Below, one piece after another: positions 18,126 through 24,604 of a stretch of DNA of 24,604 nucleotides. How positions within the stretch are numbered: position 1 is the stretch's first letter; the number at the start of each line of letters is the position of its first letter. The stretch is from a virus. Its lineage: Duplodnaviria > Caudoviricetes. The notes beneath the pieces are model-generated. The model saw only the letters and a list, made by a program, of their open reading frames with translations. It was not told the DNA's origin and did no database searches. Both the position numbers and the translations under genes were made by a program. The stretch covers positions 1 through 24,604 of IMG/VR virus record IMGVR_UViG_3300017758_000133. The stretch is one strand, 5' to 3'.

Positions 18126-21100
18126 ATGACATTACTACAATACATAACCTCTTTACAAGACGAAGGATTATCTCAAGAAGAAATCTTTGCTAAATCACAA
18201 GAGTGGAAAAAAAATAATCCTCAAGAAAAACCAATTGAAGAAAAAACTGATGAAGTTGAGGTAAAGACAGACGACTCCCAGATAAAGGATCCAAGCTTGG
18301 AGTCGAAAGACAGTACAGGATCCGAGTCGGAAGATGGGTCTTCACAGCCTGCAAACAATAGCAAACTAACACCAGAGCAACAAGCTGAATACGACAAAAT
18401 AACCGCAGTTGCGAAACCAAACGAAGTCATAAATGATAAAGGTTATGATTTTAAATACGACAATGATGGAGTGTATTACTATAAACCTGAAGGTTCTGAA
18501 GATGATAAATGGAAAACGTATGAAGATAAACAAGGTCCTTCTAATTTATCTATAGCTTCTAAATTTGGTCATTCTAGTTTTGATACTAGCGATTACTATA
18601 AAACAAAAAAATTACTAAAAAAAGGTGAAGAACTTTATGTTGGTGTAGATGGTCAACTTGAGGTTTCAGATAATAAACAATACACTTTAACGGCTGATCA
18701 ATTAAAGTTAGAAAAAGAGTTTATAAAATCAACATCTTTAAATGACAAAGATGATTCTAAAATTTTAAAACAAACTAATGATTGGTTTGCTAAAACTACT
18801 GTTCCAGAATATAAAATAGAGTATGAAAGAGCAGGTTATGGTAGTGACGCCTATCAACAAAAAACAAAAACAAAGATTGGTGATAAACCTAACCCTGAAT
18901 GGGTGGAGGCTCAAATAAAATCTAAAAAAGCTTGGGATAAATTAAGCACAAAACCAAAAAATATTTCTGAGCAAGCTTGGATTGAGCAGAATATGAAAGA
19001 CACATATTCATCTAACCTAACACAAAAGAAAAAAGAAGATAAAATAGAGAGCTGGATAGAAAATCAAGAAACTGGTTTTGATTGGAAAAAAGCGGCTATG
19101 ATGTTTTCACCAGCAGGAGCTTCTATTAAAGTTAAAGATGTCTTTGATAGAAGCGACAAGCAAAAAATTATTGAAGGAATACAAAAAGTAAGAAAGCTTA
19201 ATTTAGATAATAAATCAAAAGACGCCACTAACTTTGCTGATGTTGCAAAAAACACTATAGATGGTTTAAGTACTCAAATTGAATTGTTATCTAAAGCTAA
19301 GTATCAAACGCCGGAAGAAGCAAAAAAAGGAAAAGCTTTAATAACTAAGTTACATAATAAAAGGAAAGATGTAATAAAGCTTTACGAAAAAAAAGTAGAT
19401 AATCTTAACGAGATGCTACTTAAACCAGAGTACAAAGACATAGGCACAAGACTTGATTATTTAGAAAGAAACTTTAATAACGTTGCTATTTATAGTGAAA
19501 ATGTAAAAGTAGGTATAGCTAACGCAGGAATAGCTTTAGCGGATTTTGCGCATATGGTTGCAGACGCGCCTAATGCTTTTGGTATAGAAGACAATCCTTA
19601 TGCTGAAAAAGTTTTTAGTGTAGTTTCTCCTATAGCTTCTTTAGCTGCTAAGTTTGTAAAGACTCAACCGTATCAACAAACAAGAGAAAAAGCAAAAGAT
19701 CAAGTTGCTAATTATGTTGAGCAAACTATGCAAGGAATACCTCACGCTCAGTCTTTAAGTGACTTAAAAGACGGTAATGATTGGGGTAGATATTTTAGTA
19801 CTATGCTTGGTAGTCAAACACTTAATACTGCTATTATGTTTGGAACAGGTGGTGCTGCGTTGCCAATACTAACAGCCCAAGCTGTTGGTGGAAGTTATGG
19901 CGAAATGGAAAAAGAAAATAAAGAAAGAATAAAAGCTGGGTTACCTGCTTTTTCACCTTTTCAGATGTACGGTGTAGCTATGGGTAATGGTCTTTTAGAA
20001 TATGGTTCTGAAAAAATATCTTTAGGTATAATAGGTAGATCTAGAGCTGCTTTTAAAGCTATGGGTCCAAGTGTAAAACAAGGTTTTACTACGCAAATAT
20101 CTAATTTAATGACTGGATCAGGAGCAATAAGAGCAGGTAAAGCTGTTGGTTACTATGGTTTAGATGTAGCTAAAGAAGGTGGTTCTGAAGGTTTTGTTGA
20201 GTTTGGTGGTAATTTATTTGATAGATACGTATTAGGTAAAGACGTCAACCTTCTTGATGGAGTTCCAGATTCTATTTTCAGCGGTTCTATTATGTCTGGG
20301 CTTGTATATAAAGCACCTGCGTTAGCTGCTGGTATATCAAGTATGGTTCAAGGACCAGACACTAATACTAAAATAGCTAATAATAGACAAAAAATATTAG
20401 ATCTAGAAAACACGTTAACAGAAAACCCAGAAATGTCTGAGGCTAATAGAGCTAGACTAAATAACCAAATAGTAAAATTAGTCAAAAACTCTAGCAATGA
20501 AATCAATACAACACTAAATAGATTTACTGACATGGACAGGTCTGAAATAGACACCTTGTCTGATATAGAACTACAAGTAAATACAAAAAGAAAAGCTATT
20601 GATGAGGTAAATGCTGACCCAAATTTCAATAACAAAGACGCTGAGATATCTAGAATAAAAAACGAAATAATAGAACTTGAAATAGAAAAAAACAATGTTC
20701 TAGAACCTTACATACAAGCTGACGCTAAACAAAGTAAAAAAGGATTATCTTCAAGTGAAACTGTTGAGTTAACATCTAGAATGCAAGAAGGTGCTGATGT
20801 TGTTGCTGAACAATTAGGTGACGTAGGCATTGATAGATTTGACACAACAGAAGATATTGTAGGTGCGTTTGAAACTTTAAAAGCAGAGGGAATAAATCTA
20901 GAAATAGAAACAAATGAAGACGGCTCTATTAAAGACGCTAAAGATCAAGGTTATGGTATAATAGCAACCTTACCTGATGGCACTCAGCAAATAATTATAA
21001 ATAACGCTTCTAGTCAAGCTGATGGTACTATACCTGCTGACAACCACGAATTAGTACATGCTTTTTCTAGTAAAATGGATCCTGCTAAGCTTGCTAAAAT

Positions 21101-24100
21101 GGGTATGGATTTAAAAAACAAATTAGATAACGATCCTTACGTAGAATTAGACGCTAATACTAAATCTTTATTACAAGAATATGAAGCTGATTTAAATGAT
21201 GGCAAGATAAGTGAGGCTACGTTTTACGAAGAAGTAATGGCTGTTACTAGTGATGCTTTAAATACAGGAAGTATTAAAATAAGCGATCCAGGTAAATTTG
21301 CTCAAACATGGAATTTCTTAGAAACTATAGGTTGGAAACAAAGCTTTAAAGACGGTGATCAAGTTATAGACTTTTTAAAAGACTTTAACAAAGACGTTTT
21401 AAGTGGCAAAGGTTTGTCACAGCAAACTTTAGATAAAGCTGAGGTTGACATGGGATTAGAAACTGAAGTAGATCTTGGCGTAGTTAAGTCTTCTAAAGCT
21501 TCACAAGCTAAAAACCAAAAGCTAGTAAGAGAAGCTAAGCGTGGAGATCTTAAAGCTGTAGATGCTTTAATAAAAGATAACTCAGGTATTATATTACAAA
21601 AGCTAGGATTTAATAAAGACATTGGAGATGTAACCTCACAAGATATTTTAAATGTAGTTAAAGATCAAGCTATAGGTAAAGGTTTATTTAAAGGTAGACA
21701 AAAACCTTTGTTTGACAACTATAACCCTACTAAAGGAGAAGTTAGTACTTACCTAGGTGATATAGTTGGAAAACGTAAAGCTGAGATATTTAAAGCTGCT
21801 GGATTAGATGCTACTAAATTTGACACATTAAGCACAGACGCTCCGCAAGCACAGCAAGTAGCTGATACTACCGAGCAAACTGAGTTTGATGAAGTGACTA
21901 ATGAAGAAAAAGGTAGAAAGAAAGTATATCCTTCTAACATGCCTTCTATTTCTAAAAACATAAAGCCTGAGTCAATAGCTTCTATAAACGAAGGTGCTAA
22001 AAGAGATATACTACTAAACGCTAGTAAAGGAATAGATGCTATAGTTTCTAGTATAAAATCAGAAGGAAAAATCACAGCAAAAATTTTAGGTAAAGATGTT
22101 GGTACTTTTTCTAAAGGTTGGCCAAAGTTTGTTAATGAGTTAGTCAATGATGGTTTAACTAAAGTTATTCCAGCTGCAGCTTTAAAAAGAAGATTTGGTA
22201 ATGTTCTTAATATAAAGAAAACAGGTACAACTCCTACTAAAAGAGTAAATCCAACAACAGGTAAAGTAACTACGTTTAACAAACCAGTATATGAAATACC
22301 TAAAGCAGATAATCAATCTTTAATAGATTACTTTACAGGTCAAGAAAAGAGAAGAACATCGTTATTAGAAGTGCTAGGTCAAGATCTAGTTGTTGAACAA
22401 CTTCAAGAGTTAAAAAACGACTCTGACTTTATGACAAAGTTAGATTCGTTAACAGATGGTAAGGCATCTGAAATAATGGAAAACCTTGATAGTAAACTAG
22501 ACACAAGAAACTTAGAAGATACATCGCTTGATACTGTTAAGGCTAGTAAAAAAGTTAATAAAACACCTACTAATAAGCAAGAGCAAGACGATATAGTAAT
22601 AGAGCAAGGTGCAAAACCTATAACTCAAGACGTGGAAGGTGTATCTAGATTTATAGATTTTTTAACAAACCCTAAAGGTTTAATTTCTGGCTTTGGAGAT
22701 TTGACTAATATTATTTTAAAGCCTAGCACTTTTTCAGGCGCAGGAAACTCTGCTACTACAGAAAAAGGAGGTGGAGCAATAGGAAGAGGATTTAAGCTTA
22801 TAACAAATAGACTCAGAACGAGAAGTAAAGATTTATCTTCAACCTTAGATAGTTTATCAAAAGGCGAAGTTGGTGAATTAAGCGTTATTAAAGAGCAAGT
22901 AAAAAATCCTACTAACGAAAAAAATGTATCTAAAGAAGACAGAAAAGCCGTTCAAGACGCTATTGGACCACAAAAAGGTGTAGCTAAAGCTACAAAAAAT
23001 CAGTCTAAACAGTCTTCAATTTCTAAAGGAAAGAAAATTATTTATGATGGCTTAAGAAAAGCTATTAAGTCAAACTCTTTAAATATAGCTGGTATAAGAG
23101 AGATGATAGGAAATCAAAACGCCAACGCAGGTCTAGGTAGAAACATGGCTACACTTAACAGTGATGGTAGGGGAAAAGACAAAGATGGTAGATATGAAGA
23201 ACATTGGTTTCAAGCTTCTCAATGGAATATAAATACTTTAAAAGCTTTAGGTAAAAGCGATTTAATTTGGAATGCTTGGACTAAATTTTCTAATAGCAAT
23301 TACTATCAAGAAATAATAAATAATAAAACTCAAACAGCTGTTGATAAGACTTATGATATAACTATGCCTGATGGGTCAGTTGTTAAGTGGAAATCTAAAG
23401 ATAAACTACATCCTTTATTACAGCAAGCTATAGATAAGGGTTTAGAAACAGGTGATTTTAGCGATGCTAACAAACTTGCTGACATAAGAAAGTATCCTGG
23501 AAAAGATGTACATACAGAAGTTAACCCGTTTACACACGGTAGAAACGGTATTAGCGACGCTGTTAGATATGATATAATAGTAAGTAAAGATTTACAGGCT
23601 AACCCTAATATACAGCACGCCACAAGCGCGATAATTAATGAGGTTATAATTGGAAAAATAACAACTAAACAAGCTCAAGAAAGAATAGACGCTTACAAGC
23701 CAATAGCTAAGTTAGAAGCGAAATCTTCAAAGAAAAACACAAGCACTTTTGGAGATAAGTTAAATACAGAAATGACTATAGCTGATCAATTAACTATGTT
23801 AGCTACTTATGATAAAGCAGCTAGAAACGCTAGAGCTATTGACGCGCCTAAGAAAGGTATTAGTGTTTTTGATTTTGATGATACATTAGCTAGGACTAAA
23901 GAAAAGGTTATAGTAAATAATGCGGATGGTAGTTCTACAGAAATATCAGCTGCTCAGTTTGCAGAAACAGCAAACGAACTAGAAGCTAACGGAGCTACGT
24001 TTGATTTTAGTAATTTTGAAGGAGTTGCAGATGGTACTAAAAAAGGTCCACTAGCTGATCTTGCTTTAAAACGTCAAGATAAATTTGGTAGTAAAGATAT

Positions 24101-24604
24101 ATTTGTATTAACAGCAAGACCACAAGCTTCGGCTCAAGCTATAAAAACATTTTTAGATGGTATTGGATTAAACTTGCCATTGAGTAACATAACTGGTTTA
24201 GCTAATGGATCACCAGGAGCTAAAGGAAACTGGGTTGCAGGTAAAGCAGCTGAGGGTTATAATGATTTTTATTTTGCAGATGATGCTTATAAAAACGTAG
24301 AAGCAGTACAAGAAGTGTTAAGTCAAGTTGATGTTGACTCTAAAGTTCAAATAGCTAAAGCTAGTAAGAAAAAAGTATTTAACCAAGTATTTAATGACAT
24401 AATAGAAAATAGTACTGGTATAAAATCATACAAAGTATATTCACCTGCAAAAGCACAAACAATAGGCGCTAGCAAAGGTAAGTTTGATTTTCTTATACCA
24501 GCTTCAGCAGAAGACTTTACAGGGTTGTTATATAAAACTTTAGGTAAAGGCAAAGTTGGTGATGCTCAAATGGCTTTTTATAAAACTAATTTACTTGATC
24601 CTTA
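18126..24604 (+). CDS. Giant multidomain ejection / polyvalent protein, 3'-truncated (>2159 aa), absent from the ORF track
   Basis: ATG at 18126 (MTLLQYITSLQDEGLSQEEIF...). All segments I translated in frame +3 are open, and the track lists no closed + ORF here. Contains a Gly/Ala hydrophobic helical region (~19500-20350), HELVH (21045-21059), a sigma-r2-like segment (~21513-21800) and a HAD motif FDFDDT (23868-23885). Confidence 0.9.
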   Translation, partial: MTLLQYITSLQDEGLSQEEIFAKSQEWKKNNPQEKPIEEKTDEVEVKTDDSQIKDPSLESKDSTGSESEDGSSQPANNSKLTPEQQAEYDKITAVAKPNEVINDKGYDFKYDNDGVYYYKPEGSEDDKWKTYEDKQGPSNLSIASKFGHSSFDTSDYYKTKKLLKKGEELYVGVDGQLEVSDNKQYTLTADQLKLEKEFIKSTSLNDKDDSKILKQTNDWFAKTTVPEYKIEYERAGYGSDAYQQKTKTKIGDKPNPEWVEAQIKSKKAWDKLSTKPKNISEQAWIEQNMKDTYSSNLTQKKKEDKIESWIENQETGFDWKKAAMMFSPAGASIKVKDVFDRSDKQKIIEGIQKVRKLNLDNKSKDATNFADVAKNTIDGLSTQIELLSKAKYQTPEEAKKGKALITKLHNKRKDVIKLYEKKVDNLNEMLLKPEYKDIGTRLDYLERNFNNVAIYSENVKVGIANAGIALADFAHMVADAPNAFGIEDNPYAEKVFSVVSPIASLAAKFVKTQPYQQTREKAKDQVANYVEQTMQGIPHAQSLSDLKDGNDWGRYFSTMLGSQTLNTAIMFGTGGAALPILTAQAVGGSYGEMEKENKERIKAGLPAFSPFQMYGVAMGNGLLEYGSEKISLGIIGRSRAAFKAMGPSVKQGFTTQISNLMTGSGAIRAGKAVGYYGLDVAKEGGSEGFVEFGGNLFDRYVLGKDVNLLDGVPDSIFSGSIMSGLVYKAPALAAGISSMVQGPDTNTKIANNRQKILDLENTLTENPEMSEANRARLNNQIVKLVKNSSNEINTTLNRFTDMDRSEIDTLSDIELQVNTKRKAIDEVNADPNFNNKDAEISRIKNEIIELEIEKNNVLEPYIQADAKQSKKGLSSSETVELTSRMQEGADVVAEQLGDVGIDRFDTTEDIVGAFETLKAEGINLEIETNEDGSIKDAKDQGYGIIATLPDGTQQIIINNASSQADGTIPADNHELVHAFSSKMDPAKLAKMGMDLKNKLDNDPYVELDANTKSLLQEYEADLNDGKISEATFYEEVMAVTSDALNTGSIKISDPGKFAQTWNFLETIGWKQSFKDGDQVIDFLKDFNKDVLSGKGLSQQTLDKAEVDMGLETEVDLGVVKSSKASQAKNQKLVREAKRGDLKAVDALIKDNSGIILQKLGFNKDIGDVTSQDILNVVKDQAIGKGLFKGRQKPLFDNYNPTKGEVSTYLGDIVGKRKAEIFKAAGLDATKFDTLSTDAPQAQQVADTTEQTEFDEVTNEEKGRKKVYPSNMPSISKNIKPESIASINEGAKRDILLNASKGIDAIVSSIKSEGKITAKILGKDVGTFSKGWPKFVNELVNDGLTKVIPAAALKRRFGNVLNIKKTGTTPTKRVNPTTGKVTTFNKPVYEIPKADNQSLIDYFTGQEKRRTSLLEVLGQDLVVEQLQELKNDSDFMTKLDSLTDGKASEIMENLDSKLDTRNLEDTSLDTVKASKKVNKTPTNKQEQDDIVIEQGAKPITQDVEGVSRFIDFLTNPKGLISGFGDLTNIILKPSTFSGAGNSATTEKGGGAIGRGFKLITNRLRTRSKDLSSTLDSLSKGEVGELSVIKEQVKNPTNEKNVSKEDRKAVQDAIGPQKGVAKATKNQSKQSSISKGKKIIYDGLRKAIKSNSLNIAGIREMIGNQNANAGLGRNMATLNSDGRGKDKDGRYEEHWFQASQWNINTLKALGKSDLIWNAWTKFSNSNYYQEIINNKTQTAVDKTYDITMPDGSVVKWKSKDKLHPLLQQAIDKGLETGDFSDANKLADIRKYPGKDVHTEVNPFTHGRNGISDAVRYDIIVSKDLQANPNIQHATSAIINEVIIGKITTKQAQERIDAYKPIAKLEAKSSKKNTSTFGDKLNTEMTIADQLTMLATYDKAARNARAIDAPKKGISVFDFDDTLARTKEKVIVNNADGSSTEISAAQFAETANELEANGATFDFSNFEGVADGTKKGPLADLALKRQDKFGSKDIFVLTARPQASAQAIKTFLDGIGLNLPLSNITGLANGSPGAKGNWVAGKAAEGYNDFYFADDAYKNVEAVQEVLSQVDVDSKVQIAKASKKKVFNQVFNDIIENSTGIKSYKVYSPAKAQTIGASKGKFDFLIPASAEDFTGLLYKTLGKGKVGDAQMAFYKTNLLDP
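18260..18361 (+). other. Candidate -1 programmed ribosomal frameshift cassette
   Basis: G_GTA_AAG at 18260-18266, a 5-nt spacer, then stem CGACTCC (18272-18278)/GGAGTCG (18299-18305). A loop GGATCC (18287-18292) can pair with GGATCC (18318-18323). The -1 frame is open to TAG at 18359-18361. Confidence 0.45.

Noticed and set aside
18287-18298. Adjacent GGATCC AAGCTT (BamHI/HindIII) resembling a cloning polylinker
   Set aside because: It is in frame within a continuous phage ORF with no other vector sequence, and is better explained by local RNA structure or chance.
496-24553. Numerous 60-177-aa minus-strand ORFs in the track
   Set aside because: All are antisense shadows of long + genes, with F/L/S/I-rich composition and no recognisable motifs.
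18126-24604. Giant ORF as a virion RNA polymerase (DFDxD motif)
   Set aside because: FDFDDT sits in a HAD context with motifs II-IV downstream, and is not the DxDxD polymerase loop. A polymerase domain beyond the window cannot be excluded.
1-24604. CRISPR arrays, tRNA/rRNA genes, introns/inteins, diversity-generating retroelement or transposase
   Set aside because: I recognised no repeat-spacer array, cloverleaf, reverse transcriptase, intein or transposase motifs, and all intergenic gaps are under about 85 nt.

Overview
This window is a single-strand (+), AT-rich morphogenesis operon of a tailed dsDNA podophage. The gene set and order resemble crAss-like or marine Flavobacteria phages, and the AT-rich leaders lacking Shine-Dalgarno sequences suggest a Bacteroidota host (inference). 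Gene order: terminase large subunit (5'-truncated), portal, scaffold, major capsid protein, three head/tail-ring proteins, a tail nozzle ('stabilization') gene that appears split in two around a minimal nucleotidyltransferase gene, a cupin, two probable ejection proteins, and a giant ORF (18126 to the window end, >2159 aa) missing from the ORF track. Three signals stand out. (1) A 42-aa basic 'MPFKSEKQRRYLW' micro-protein is overprinted in the +1 frame of the scaffold gene. (2) The start of the giant gene carries a candidate -1 frameshift cassette (A_AAG followed by a stem or pseudoknot). (3) The giant protein looks like a polyprotein: a membrane-insertion region, an HExxH zincin, a sigma70-region-2-like domain, an unknown domain and a HAD domain, each separated by a recurring [AV]KxSK motif. 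All family assignments come from motif recognition by eye; no searches were run.
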